From: Candidatus Bathyarchaeota archaeon
GTDB lineage: Archaea > Thermoproteota > Bathyarchaeia > TCS64
DNA: 64,000 nucleotides
Direction of reading: 5' to 3'
NCBI GenBank assembly: GCA_043826455.1
Contig: JBDRQD010000030.1
Span: 32,001 to 96,000, forward strand
How positions within the stretch are numbered: position 1 is the stretch's first letter; each line of letters begins with the position of its first letter. Below, piece after piece: positions 47,724-57,767 of this stretch. The position numbers and the translations under genes are program-made. The notes below the pieces were generated by a model. The model was not told the DNA's origin and ran no database searches. It saw only the letters and a list, made by a program, of their open reading frames with translations.

Positions 47724-48761
47724 ATGTTTCGCGCGAGAAGAATTAATGTAGCGAGTCACCCTCTCATCATCATGGGTTCAACGATCCCCCATCACACCGA
47801 TGTTGAGAGCCTCGTCAGGCGCTCTTCACTGATCTTCCCGGTAAACGTGGAGAGGTTCGCCGAGAAGGCGCACCTGCGGGGGGCGGACTGCGTCATCATG
47901 GACTTGGAGGATTCCGTGCCTGAGGGTGAGAAGGACAAGGCGAGGAGCCTGATCAGAGGCTACATACCCGTCGTCGGTAAGGGGGGCGGGGACGTCGCGG
48001 TCCGGATCAACCGCCCCATCAAACAGGCGACACAGGACTTGGAGGCCTCCGTGTGGCGTGGGCTGACCTGCGTGTCTCTACCCAAGGTCGAGTCGGCGGA
48101 GGAGGTCCGGCTGATAGACCAGATCATAACCGGCTTGGAGAGAAAAAGAGGGATGGGTGTCGGCACCGTACAAATGGCTATAGCCGTGGAGACGGCGCTC
48201 GGCGTAGTCAGAGCCTATGAGATCGCGTCCGCCAGCCCGAGAACAGTGACCATGGGCGTTGGCGCAGAGGACCTGACCCAGGAGATGGGCGTCCAGACAA
48301 CCAAGGAGGGCCAGGAGCTATGGTACGCCCGATCGAAGGTCCTCACGGATGCCTACGCTGCCGGTGTCCAGCCAATGGGGCTAGTAGGAGTTGAGCCCTT
48401 CACTCTGCAGGAGCCTGAGAGGGCCTACGACACTGCTTTAAACTCCCGCAAGCTGGGCTACAAGGGCGCCCAGTCCATCCACCCGGCGCCTATCCTCTAT
48501 CTAAACAAGGGCTTCTCCATACCCCCTGAAGAAGTCGACCAGATGAGGAGGACCCTAGAAGCCTTCGAGGAGGGGCTGAGGAAGGGGACGGCTTCCGTGA
48601 ACGTGGACGGCAGGATGATAGACATAGCCTCAGCGGAGAGATGCAGGAGGGTCCTCAGGAGGGCAGACGCCATCACGGGTATGGATAGGAGGAAGAGTGA
48701 GGCCCTGAAAGACCCTGACCTCGTTGAAAGTAAGCTCAGGACCGCGTTAGATGACATCTAG
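47724..48761 (+). CDS. CitE/HpcH-family CoA-ester lyase (start probably ~47772)
   Basis: MDLEDSV, VRIN, LPKVE, VETALG, GAEDL, IHP, DGRMID. Confidence 0.9.
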   Translation: MFRARRINVASHPLIIMGSTIPHHTDVESLVRRSSLIFPVNVERFAEKAHLRGADCVIMDLEDSVPEGEKDKARSLIRGYIPVVGKGGGDVAVRINRPIKQATQDLEASVWRGLTCVSLPKVESAEEVRLIDQIITGLERKRGMGVGTVQMAIAVETALGVVRAYEIASASPRTVTMGVGAEDLTQEMGVQTTKEGQELWYARSKVLTDAYAAGVQPMGLVGVEPFTLQEPERAYDTALNSRKLGYKGAQSIHPAPILYLNKGFSIPPEEVDQMRRTLEAFEEGLRKGTASVNVDGRMIDIASAERCRRVLRRADAITGMDRRKSEALKDPDLVESKLRTALDDI

Positions 48762-48834
48762 GCACGCTATCCGCGGGTGGTGCTCACCCGGAAAAGGGTT
48801 TTATGCTCACGTTCTCGCATAACAATGTTACTTC

Positions 48835-49740
48835 ATGCAAGAGGAGCACGGAATCGTCTTCGACGTCAAGCACTTCGCCGTCCACGACGGGCCGGGCATC
48901 AGAACCACGGTCTTCCTGAAGGGGTGCCCCCTCAGGTGCCTCTGGTGTCACAGCCCGGAGTCCCAGAGCCTCGCCCCCGAGATCATGATCCACCCTGAGA
49001 GATGCATCGGATGCAAAGCCTGCGTGAAGGCGTGCCCCCAAGGCGCACTGAAGCACCCAGGCGACCCTGAGCCGGCGGGCTGCACCCACTGCGGGGCCTG
49101 CGCCCAGGCCTGCTACTCGGGCGCCAGAGTCCTGCTCGGGGCCAGCCTTACCGTCGAAGAGGTCATGATCTCGGTCAGGAAGGACAAGCGGCTCCATGAG
49201 GCCTCCGGGGGCGGAGTCACGATCTCGGGAGGTGAACCCACGCACCAACCCGGGTTCACCTACACGCTGCTCCAGGCCCTGAAGGAGGAGGGCTACCACA
49301 CGGCGCTGGACACCTGCGGCTGCACCACGTGGGAGACGCTTAAGCGGATGCTACCCCTCACCGATCTATTCCTCTACGACCTGAAGCACCTCGATCCTGA
49401 CACCCATCGCAGATTAACGGGCAGGGACAACGACCTGATCCTCTCAAACCTTAGACGGTTGTCCGAGATGGATGCCCGCGTCGTGGTCAGGGTACCCCTG
49501 ATCCCGGGCCTCAACGACTCCGAGGAGCACCTGAAGAGCGTAGAAGGGCTCCTCAGGGGCCTGAACGTGGAGGCCGTCGAGATCCTGCCGTACCACAGGC
49601 TGGGGGTGCCCAAGTACGAGTCCCTGGGCAGAAGGTACACTTTGGCCGATCTGGAGCCACACAGCGAGGCTCACCTTCTCAGAGTCCAGGAGCACCTGAG
49701 AGCCAACGGGTTGAACGTAGTGGTTGAGGGATTGATGTGA
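48835..49740 (+). CDS. Glycyl-radical enzyme activating enzyme with ferredoxin insert
   Basis: HDGPGIRTTVFLKGCPLRCLWCHSPE; CIGCKAC...CP; CTHCGAC...C; SGGEP. Confidence 0.95.
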   Translation: MQEEHGIVFDVKHFAVHDGPGIRTTVFLKGCPLRCLWCHSPESQSLAPEIMIHPERCIGCKACVKACPQGALKHPGDPEPAGCTHCGACAQACYSGARVLLGASLTVEEVMISVRKDKRLHEASGGGVTISGGEPTHQPGFTYTLLQALKEEGYHTALDTCGCTTWETLKRMLPLTDLFLYDLKHLDPDTHRRLTGRDNDLILSNLRRLSEMDARVVVRVPLIPGLNDSEEHLKSVEGLLRGLNVEAVEILPYHRLGVPKYESLGRRYTLADLEPHSEAHLLRVQEHLRANGLNVVVEGLM

Positions 49741-51995
49741 GTAGAGTGGATGCCATCAGAAGAAACCTGGACCGATACGAGGTCGTCGAGACACCGATAG
49801 TCAGATCCACCGTGTTAAAGGAGCCCGGCGTCGAAGCCAAACCCGTGATCATCAGGAAGGCGCTGGCCCTGGAGCGCATGCTGGAGGAGGCCCCGGTCCA
49901 CATCTACCCCCACGAACTCATCGTGGGCATCCCCTTCAGAGAGAGGCCGAGCCCCGAGGACCCATCCAAACGGCTGATACTTCCGGAGAGCGTGTCAGGG
50001 CAGGGTTACACGGACTTCGCCAACAAGCTCATCGCCCTGGGCCACCGGGACGCCACCTATCACCCCGTGATCCAGTGCCTCAGCAGATACGGCGGCAGCG
50101 ACATGTTCTGCGTGTTCCCCCACTACGCGACCTCCGAGGAGGTCGACGAGGCCAGGAGGCTGGGCCTTGACGCGAACTGCAACCCGGGCCACCTCCAAGG
50201 AGGCCACGCCCAGGTGATCAAGCACGGCTGGAGCGGCCTCAGGAATACAGCAGAGGACCACCTCAGCCGGTTAAGCCCAACGTCTGAGCACACCCAGAGG
50301 CAGGCCGCCTTCCTGGAGGCCGTCATCATCACGCTTCAGGCCGCCCAGGGCTACGCCCATAGATACGCGCAGCACGCCGAGGACCTGGCCAGAAAAAAGG
50401 CCTCCGGCCAGCGAAGGAGCGAGCTCGCCAAGATAGCTGAGGTGTGCAGGAACGTGGCGGTCAGGGCGCCTCAGACTTGGTGGGAGGCCTTGCAGCTCAA
50501 CTGGTTCACGCACCTGATCAATCACACGCAGGGCGCCCACCAGCTTGGACGGTTCGATCAGTACATGTGGCCTGTGCTCAGACGGCAGCTTGAGAGGGGA
50601 GAGACGACCATGGATGAGGCCCAGGAGCTCCTGGAGTGTCTCTGGCTCAAGTTCAGCACCTACACGGCCGTGGACATGGATAACCTTCAGAACATAATCA
50701 TCGGGGGCATGACCCCTGATGGGGGCGACGCCACCAACCCCCTCAGCTACATGTGTCTGGAGGCCACGGACAAGCTGGGCACCATTGACCCCAAGTGGAG
50801 CATCAGAGTACACAAGGATAGCCCCCAGGAGTTCCTGAGCCGCGCCGCCGAGATAATAAAGAAGGGGGGAGCCGAGCCCGGCATATACAACGACGAGATA
50901 ATCATCAAGGCCCTCACAGACACCGGGGTCCCCCTGGAGGACGCGCGGGACTACACCAACGACGGCTGCTCTGAGATCCTCGTCCAGGGCAGCACAAACC
51001 CTTGGGCCTTCGAGGCCAGGGTGAAGCTCCTCAAGTGCCTGGAGTCGACTGTCGACGGCATCCAAGACCTCCAGACCTTTGAGGAGCTCTACGCCTCCTT
51101 CAAGGACAGGGTGTCGGTCGCTGTCTCCCTCGCCGTCTCCAACGCCAACGTCCTCCAGGAGGCCGTGCCTAGGATAAGCCCGAACCCGTGGATCTCCGCG
51201 GGGGTCGAGGGCTGCCTGGAGAAGATGATGGACGTCACCGAGGGGGGCGCCAAATATAACTCGGCGGCTGTGTGCGTGACAGGCTTGGCGGACGCCGTAG
51301 ACTCGCTGGCGGCCCTGAAGAAGCTGGTTTACGAGGATAAGCTCATCGCACCAGTGGAGCTCCTCAAGGCCTTGAAGGCAGATTTCGAGGGGCATGAGCG
51401 CATGAGGCAGCTCCTCCTGAACAGGGCCCCCAAGTTTGGTAATGACGACGACTACGTGGACAGCATAGCCACAGACCTCGTTGAGCACCTGCACCGCGAG
51501 GTCACGAGGCACAGGAACCCGCGGGGAGGCGGGTACGTCCTGGGCCTGTTCAGCTACGGAGACTACATCGGCCACGGCCTGGTCACGGGCGCCACACCCA
51601 ACGGCAGGAGGTCCGGGGACAGCATATGCCCCAACTTCTCCCCCAGCCCAGGCAGGGACAAGGCCGGGCCCTGGGCCGCCATGAAGTCCACGGCAAAGGT
51701 CAACCAGGCCCTCACAGCGAACGGGAACGCCCTGGACCTGACAATACACCCCTCGGCCTTCACGGGGCCCCAGGGGACAGAGAACCTGGTCAGTCTGATA
51801 CGCGCCTTCAACTCGATAGGGGGCATTCAGGTCCAGTTCAACATAGTCGACTCGGAGACCTTGAAGGCGGCGCAGCGTGAGCCCGAGAAGTACCAGAACC
51901 TGACGGTGCGTTTGTGGGGGTTCCCCGCCTACTTCACCAGACTGCCGAGGGAGTTCCAGGAACACCTCATAGCCAGGTCAGAGCACAAACTGTAA
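49737..51995 (+). CDS. Glycyl radical enzyme (PFL-like superfamily), unknown substrate
   Basis: GRFDQY, DGCSE Cys loop, PKFGND, ATPNGR, QFN, VRLWGF Gly loop. Confidence 0.93.
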   Translation: MSRVDAIRRNLDRYEVVETPIVRSTVLKEPGVEAKPVIIRKALALERMLEEAPVHIYPHELIVGIPFRERPSPEDPSKRLILPESVSGQGYTDFANKLIALGHRDATYHPVIQCLSRYGGSDMFCVFPHYATSEEVDEARRLGLDANCNPGHLQGGHAQVIKHGWSGLRNTAEDHLSRLSPTSEHTQRQAAFLEAVIITLQAAQGYAHRYAQHAEDLARKKASGQRRSELAKIAEVCRNVAVRAPQTWWEALQLNWFTHLINHTQGAHQLGRFDQYMWPVLRRQLERGETTMDEAQELLECLWLKFSTYTAVDMDNLQNIIIGGMTPDGGDATNPLSYMCLEATDKLGTIDPKWSIRVHKDSPQEFLSRAAEIIKKGGAEPGIYNDEIIIKALTDTGVPLEDARDYTNDGCSEILVQGSTNPWAFEARVKLLKCLESTVDGIQDLQTFEELYASFKDRVSVAVSLAVSNANVLQEAVPRISPNPWISAGVEGCLEKMMDVTEGGAKYNSAAVCVTGLADAVDSLAALKKLVYEDKLIAPVELLKALKADFEGHERMRQLLLNRAPKFGNDDDYVDSIATDLVEHLHREVTRHRNPRGGGYVLGLFSYGDYIGHGLVTGATPNGRRSGDSICPNFSPSPGRDKAGPWAAMKSTAKVNQALTANGNALDLTIHPSAFTGPQGTENLVSLIRAFNSIGGIQVQFNIVDSETLKAAQREPEKYQNLTVRLWGFPAYFTRLPREFQEHLIARSEHKL

Positions 51996-52027
51996 TCCCC
52001 CGTCCATACAGCTTTCTTGGATCGGCT

Positions 52028-52228
52028 CTATTTCTTGGTCTGGGTGCCGCAGCAGCTGCATACTATGTATCCCTGTTTCAGCTTCCTCTCTATGAAGTCG
52101 CTGCACTCCTTCTTGTCCAGGAAGAGGGGCTGCCCACAATCCTTGCAGCGCTCCTCAGGGGTCTCAGCTGTCGACATCCCTGATATCTTCGAGTCGATGG
52201 TTAATAACTTGTACCATAAAAGCGCCAC
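52028..52228 (-). CDS. Small Cys-rich protein (start probably ~52177)
   Basis: CKDCG...C...CSCCG. Confidence 0.5.
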   Translation of the reverse strand: MALLWYKLLTIDSKISGMSTAETPEERCKDCGQPLFLDKKECSDFIERKLKQGYIVCSCCGTQTKK

Positions 52229-52291
52229 ATCGCATACGAGACAATTGTGTAGTTATTGTTGTCGTTATCTAGAAGAAACGCGTGTGTCCAG

Positions 52292-53980
52292 TCAAAGTTG
52301 TCTCCCCTGGGGTAATGTCCTGTACTGGGATATGGGTGCCAACTCGTACCTATCTATCAGCACGTCTATGATGGCGGGTTTACCTGAGGCGAAGGCGGAC
52401 TGTATGGCCTCCTTCAGTTCGCCTGGTCTATCGATTCTCTGGCCGTAGCAGTTGAATGCCTCGGCCACCCGCCCATAGTCTACGTCGATGAAGTCTGATG
52501 ATCTCAGCGCCTTTCCCTGGCCTCTCCACTTGAACCCGTAGTGGAGCATCCCCAGGGTGACGTTGTTGAAGACCACGGCCACGAAGGGCTTGTCGCAGCG
52601 CAGGGCGGTCTCCAGCTCTGCTATGTGGTAGGCGACGCCGCCGTCCCCCGTCACGTCCAGCACCTTCCTGTTCCCGGCGGCGAACTTGGCGCCGATAGCC
52701 GCCGGGAGACTCCACCCCAGCGTCCCCGCGGCCCTTATGTAGGTCCTCCCGGGGGCGGCCAACGGGTAGAGAACCCCCGTCCATGCCGCCATTTGCCCCG
52801 TGTCGGCGACGAGGATATCCTGCTCGCCTAGAACCTGCCTGATCTCCTTGATGACGCGATGGGGTTTGATGGGCACCGCATCGGAGCTCATCACAGCAGA
52901 GGCCTGGTCGCTCCACTCCTTCTTCAACGCCTCCACGTGTTCAAGGTACTGCCTTTTCTGGGGCTTATCCATCATCTTCCTCAACACTTTGTGAAGATCT
53001 CTGACCCCATTCTTGGCGTCGCATACCATTCTTGACGCCACATTGTAGTTCCTGCCAATGGTCTCTGCCTCGATGTCGAGTTGTAGTATGGTGGCGTCCT
53101 GCCCGGGCACGGTCCAGTTGTCCGTTGCCATCCCCCCTGCTCTGGAGCCGATAAAAAACACGACATCAGCGTCGTCCACTACCTTGTTCGCCGTCGAGCT
53201 CGAGTATCTACCCACCACACCCACGGACAGCGGGTGCTCGTCTGGGATAGCCCCTTTTCCGCTGAGAGTCGTAGCCACAGGTATAAAGTAGGACTCAGCG
53301 AGCTTGATGAGTTCGTTCCAGGCACGTGATACCATCACCCCGCCGCCCGCAACTATCACTGGGCGCTGAGCTTTGGCGAGGATCTCCGCCGCCTTCTTCA
53401 CGTCCTCTGGGTCCGGGCTTGTTCTCGCCGAGGGGTACGTCTTACACCTCAGATCAGCGTACGGCTCAGGAACGTCGGCTATACTATTTGCGGCGTCGTA
53501 GTGAAGATTGATGTGAACTGGCCCAGGGCATCCGCTTGTAGCGATTATGAAGGCGTCCCGGGTGATCTCGGCCGCTCTCTCAGCCTGGTAGATGTGGGCG
53601 TTCCACTTTGTGGTGGGCTCAAAGAAGGGCATCTCGTCCAGCTCCTGGTACTGGAACTTGTACAGCTCGGGGACGTTGGTTGAGCCCGTGAGAGCTATGA
53701 CGGGCGTGCACGTCCAGTAAGCCTCGGATATACCGGCTGCGAGGTTAATTGCGCCCGGCCCAGCCTGCCCATAGCATACGCTCGGCTCGTAGCTTACCCG
53801 AGAGTAGCCGTCAGCCATGTACGCCGCCGCTTTCTCACTCCGCGCCAATACGAGGTCGATGCCCGCCTCCTCCATCTCGATGAAGAGGGAGATCATGCCT
53901 CCTGAGACGTGGAAAAAGTGTTTTACTCCATGATTTTTCATGGTTTCCGCCACAGCCTTCGCTCCACTCATGTGAACCAT
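52292..53980 (-). CDS. ThDP-dependent enzyme, acetolactate-synthase-like family
   Basis: RSE..AAYMADGY, GPGAIN, PGPVH, GDGG...FNN. Confidence 0.9.
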   Translation of the reverse strand: MVHMSGAKAVAETMKNHGVKHFFHVSGGMISLFIEMEEAGIDLVLARSEKAAAYMADGYSRVSYEPSVCYGQAGPGAINLAAGISEAYWTCTPVIALTGSTNVPELYKFQYQELDEMPFFEPTTKWNAHIYQAERAAEITRDAFIIATSGCPGPVHINLHYDAANSIADVPEPYADLRCKTYPSARTSPDPEDVKKAAEILAKAQRPVIVAGGGVMVSRAWNELIKLAESYFIPVATTLSGKGAIPDEHPLSVGVVGRYSSSTANKVVDDADVVFFIGSRAGGMATDNWTVPGQDATILQLDIEAETIGRNYNVASRMVCDAKNGVRDLHKVLRKMMDKPQKRQYLEHVEALKKEWSDQASAVMSSDAVPIKPHRVIKEIRQVLGEQDILVADTGQMAAWTGVLYPLAAPGRTYIRAAGTLGWSLPAAIGAKFAAGNRKVLDVTGDGGVAYHIAELETALRCDKPFVAVVFNNVTLGMLHYGFKWRGQGKALRSSDFIDVDYGRVAEAFNCYGQRIDRPGELKEAIQSAFASGKPAIIDVLIDRYELAPISQYRTLPQGRQL

Positions 53981-54142
53981 AAAACGCCACCCACTTGTGT
54001 CCTACTTGTGATAGTAACAAGTAACCTGTAAACACTATATGTTTATTGCATATCCGCGCTAGCAGAAAATATATTTTATCTCATCCAACGCACTCCGATC
54101 ATCTGGGTTAACCCTATAATCTAGGGCGTCCACGTATCAGTC

Positions 54143-55234
54143 ATGGTAAGAATCGGAGACCCCGTCGAGGAGATAGACACGCCCGCGCTGCTCCTCGACC
54201 TCGACATCATGGAGTCCAACATAAGGAAGATGGCCGACAGGTTCAAGCGAATGCCCGCGGACCTGCGGCCCCACGTGAAGACCCACAAGATCCCCATCAT
54301 AGCCTGGAAACAGATTGAGGCCGGGGCCATCGGGGTGACCTGCGCCAAGCTGGGCGAGGCCGAGGTGATGGCCGAGGCGGGGATCAGAGACATACTCATA
54401 GCCAACCAGGTGGTGGGTGAGCCCAAGGTCACCCGCCTCATGAGCTTGGCCAAGCACAGCGACGTCATCGTGGCCGTGGATGACAGCCGCAACGTCAAGC
54501 ACCTGGCGGAGAGGGCCCGTGAGAAGAAGGTTGAGCTCGGTGTCCTTGTGGAGGTGGACGTTGGCAACAACCGGTGCGGGACCATGCCGGGCGAGCCAGC
54601 CCTCCAGCTGTCCAAGGAGGTGATGCGGTACCCCAGCTTGGACTTCAAGGGGCTAATGGGCTACGAGGGGTTCTGCCAGTTCATCCCGGAGCTGGAGGCG
54701 AGAAGGGCTAAGGCCACAGAGGCCATGGACAAGCTGGTGGGCACCAGGCACCTCCTGGAGAATAACGGCGTAGACGTGGACATCGTCAGCGGGGGCGGCA
54801 CAGGCACCCACATGATAACCGGTAACCACCGGGGGGTGACCGAGGTGGAGGCGGGCAGCTACGTGTTCATGGACGCCAAGTACAGCACAGTTGAGGGCTT
54901 GGAGGAGTTCGGTCAGGCCCTTACCGTCCTCTCCACCATCGTAAGCACCAGCCGCAAAGACAAAACAATATGCGATGTGGGGCTGAAAACCATGACTTTC
55001 GAGCACGGGATGCCCCTCATCAAGGGCAGAGACGACATGGAGTACGTGCGCGGCAACGAGGAGCACGGCCACATCCAGGTGGGGCCAGGGTTTGACCTGA
55101 AGCCCGGCGACAAGTTCGAGCTCATTCCCACCCACTGCTGCGCCACCACCAACCTCTACGATGTCCTGCACTGCGTCAGAGGCGGCGTCCTCGAGGCCGT
55201 GTGGAGGGTCCAGGCGAGAGGTAAGAGCCAGTAA
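54143..55234 (+). CDS. DSD1/D-threonine-aldolase-family PLP enzyme (fold type III)
   Basis: DTPALLLDLD, RPHVKTHK, GYEG, GGGTGT, GSYVFMD, NEEHG, PTHCC. Confidence 0.9.
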   Translation: MVRIGDPVEEIDTPALLLDLDIMESNIRKMADRFKRMPADLRPHVKTHKIPIIAWKQIEAGAIGVTCAKLGEAEVMAEAGIRDILIANQVVGEPKVTRLMSLAKHSDVIVAVDDSRNVKHLAERAREKKVELGVLVEVDVGNNRCGTMPGEPALQLSKEVMRYPSLDFKGLMGYEGFCQFIPELEARRAKATEAMDKLVGTRHLLENNGVDVDIVSGGGTGTHMITGNHRGVTEVEAGSYVFMDAKYSTVEGLEEFGQALTVLSTIVSTSRKDKTICDVGLKTMTFEHGMPLIKGRDDMEYVRGNEEHGHIQVGPGFDLKPGDKFELIPTHCCATTNLYDVLHCVRGGVLEAVWRVQARGKSQ

Positions 55235-55316
55235 GGATCATCTCATAACCCTTTTTTCGTTGATTCAGGCCTATGCAAGTCAAATCATAAAAGGGGCGAA
55301 GGGCACCATCTTCTCC

Positions 55317-56276
55317 ATGGAACCACCTACACTCAAGGACGTTCTATTCGCGAGGAAGACCATCGCGCCATACCTGGCCAAGACGCCGCTACACACATAC
55401 TCGTTATTGAACGATTGCCTTGGCTTCGAGGCCTACGTGAAGCACGAGAACCATCAGCCCACGGGCGCCTTCAAGATTAGAGGAGGCATCAACCTCATCA
55501 GCCAGCTATCGCCGGATGAGCGGAGACGGGGCGTGATAACGGCGAGCACCGGGAACCACGGCCAGAGCATAGCCCTCGCGGGCAGGATGTTCGGGGTCGA
55601 GGCTAAGGTCTGCGTGATGGATGGGGCGAACCCCGATAAGGTTGCCGCCATCAAGAGCTATGGCGCGGAGATAATACAGCAAGGAGCAGACTACGACGAG
55701 TCGAGGCTCAACGCCGAGCGCCTCGCCAAGGAGTACGGCTACAGGTACGTGCACAGCGGAAACGAGCCCCTGCTTATCGCCGGCGTGGGTACCATGGCTT
55801 TGGAGATGATAGAGGATGAGCCGGACCTGGACGTGATGTTCTCGCCGGTGGGCGCAGGCACCAACGCGGCGGGCGTAGCCATAGTCTACAAGGCCCTGAG
55901 CCCGGAAACTCGCATAATAGCCGTCCAGTCCGAGAACGCGCCCAGCGTCTACCTGAGCTGGAAGAGCGGCAAACTCGAATCCACCAGCTCAGCTAAGACC
56001 ATAGCTGACGGGCTGGCTACAAGGCAGGCCTTCGAGCTGCCAACTAGGATTCTCCGCGAACTCGTGGACGACTTCGTGCTGGTGTCGGACGATGAGATCG
56101 CCCGCGCCATCAAGCTCTACGTGGAGAAGGTTCACACTGTAGCTGAGGGGGCGGGCGCCGCGACTCTGGCAGCCGCCGCTAAGATGAGGGACCGGCTTCA
56201 GGGTAAGAAGGTGGGCCTCATACTAAGCGGAGGCAATATCACTCTCGAGAACCTTTTGAGGTGCTTAGCCAAATAA
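55317..56276 (+). CDS. Threonine/serine dehydratase-family PLP enzyme (fold type II)
   Basis: KHENHQPTGAFKIRG, STGNHG, TIADG, EGAGA, SGGN. Confidence 0.9.
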   Translation: MEPPTLKDVLFARKTIAPYLAKTPLHTYSLLNDCLGFEAYVKHENHQPTGAFKIRGGINLISQLSPDERRRGVITASTGNHGQSIALAGRMFGVEAKVCVMDGANPDKVAAIKSYGAEIIQQGADYDESRLNAERLAKEYGYRYVHSGNEPLLIAGVGTMALEMIEDEPDLDVMFSPVGAGTNAAGVAIVYKALSPETRIIAVQSENAPSVYLSWKSGKLESTSSAKTIADGLATRQAFELPTRILRELVDDFVLVSDDEIARAIKLYVEKVHTVAEGAGAATLAAAAKMRDRLQGKKVGLILSGGNITLENLLRCLAK

Positions 56277-56381
56277 ATCAGTAGACTGGCTGCGGTGTGC
56301 AGCCGTCTCATTAAAATTCACCCGGGCTTGATTGAGAGACACAGTTTAAAGATAAATGCGTGTTCCGCGTATGTATCCTCC

Positions 56382-56639
56382 GTGCCAAGGGCCAGGAAGG
56401 GCGTCGTGCAGATACGCTTCGAGATACTTGAGTACCTCTACTATAACCCGGCCCCCCAGCCCAGGACCCACGTGTGGCGCAAGGCCACCACCCTGAGCTA
56501 CGACGACTTCCTGAAGCATATGGAGTACCTGAGAGACCGAGGCCTCGTGGCGGAGGACGAGGAAGGAAACAGCGCAATCTCCCCGGAGGGCCGAGATGTC
56601 TTCAACAAGCTGAGGCAGGTGTTGCCCAGCATACTCTAG
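56382..56639 (+). CDS. Small winged-helix protein
   Basis: IRFEILEYL...LSYDDFLKHMEYLRDRGLV...ISPEG. Confidence 0.7.
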   Translation: MPRARKGVVQIRFEILEYLYYNPAPQPRTHVWRKATTLSYDDFLKHMEYLRDRGLVAEDEEGNSAISPEGRDVFNKLRQVLPSIL

Positions 56640-56687
56640 ATGCATCTTTGGTGCACAGACCTTAAAAGAACCCGGTAAGAGGCTGAT

Positions 56688-57020
56688 GTGATGGCGGAGA
56701 AGGAGAGAGAAGAGGCCAGGCTACCCCTGAGGAGCATCCACGATTTCCTTTTCGAGATAGACTCCGAGTGGAGCAGCTTCAGGACGGGCAGCCTCCTCAG
56801 CCTCATCACCACCATCCTCCTATTTCTCATCTTCCTGCCCAGGTACTTCCTGGTAACCCTACGACAGGGCGGCCCCCTAGACAAGCTCGTCGCCGTCACC
56901 ATAGCTGGCCTCCTAGTCTACAGCGCCTATACCTCCTGGAGGCAGCACAAGTTCTACCAGAGATGGGAAAAGCGTCTCGGCCTACTGCTGCACTTGGAGC
57001 AGGAGCTGCTGGGCGAGTAG
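56688..57020 (+). CDS. Two-TM hypothetical protein
   Basis: Two hydrophobic segments. Confidence 0.65.
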   Translation: MMAEKEREEARLPLRSIHDFLFEIDSEWSSFRTGSLLSLITTILLFLIFLPRYFLVTLRQGGPLDKLVAVTIAGLLVYSAYTSWRQHKFYQRWEKRLGLLLHLEQELLGE

Positions 57021-57104
57021 ACCAAACCTGTTCACCAGAGATGAATACGAGGGGTGAGAAACCCCTATTATATATCTCGGCGAGGTACGCCCGGTGAAGA
57101 CAAG

Positions 57105-57581
57105 ATGGAAAAGAAACATCTGGCGGCCATGTGCGCCCTGCTGGTAGCCTTCAGCGCGTTCATGGTCTTACCCCCCGTTTATGCGGAAGGAGAAACAGAC
57201 GACATGGAGTCGGTAACGAGACAAAACGGCGCCTGGAGACCGATAAACAGGCTAAGACTCCTCATCTACATCCTCAGGAACGGAGAACCAGCGACAGTGA
57301 CAGGCGACACAGTAGCCCTCGAGGGCCACATCCTGGTTATGAGCGTCACAGGCGACCTAGAGAACATCATCCTACCGGGTAAATGGGTGCTCGGCGGACA
57401 GATCATAGCCTTGCAGGAGCTCTACGATGAGTACATGTCAGGCGGCGAGATCACGGTCCACACACTAAAACTTGAGCTTGCTCAGGAGAGCAAGACTGTC
57501 ACGGTCTACTTCGGCTACAAGATAGCGGCCGGCGGAGCCGTCGCCGAGGCAGTGCTCCCGTTCAACGTACAGGTACCTTAA
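57105..57581 (+). CDS. Secreted hypothetical protein
   Basis: Signal peptide MEKKHLAAMCALLVAFSAF; GGTGA SD; oligo-T tract after stop. Confidence 0.7.
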   Translation: MEKKHLAAMCALLVAFSAFMVLPPVYAEGETDDMESVTRQNGAWRPINRLRLLIYILRNGEPATVTGDTVALEGHILVMSVTGDLENIILPGKWVLGGQIIALQELYDEYMSGGEITVHTLKLELAQESKTVTVYFGYKIAAGGAVAEAVLPFNVQVP

Positions 57582-57767
57582 AGCACGTACAATCTACTCT
57601 CCTCTTTTTTCTTATGCGCTAAAAAGTTACCTTATGTATATGCAATGTTGAGATACGCCGTGTGACCCATAAAATAACGTCACATTTGTGTTTTCGACTG
57701 CAGAAAATATGAAACTTCAAACCATAATCAAATTATATAATTTTCATTCTATCCACAGACACAGATC

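Noticed and set aside
50271..51965. 564-aa antisense ORF
   Set aside because: Shadow of the high-GC3 glycyl radical enzyme gene, with no recognisable motifs. The same applies to most short antisense ORFs in the track.
52028..52228. Small Cys-rich ORF as an Fe-S small subunit of the GRE
   Set aside because: It is on the opposite strand, convergent with the operon, and shows no recognisable similarity to HpdC or BssB/C.
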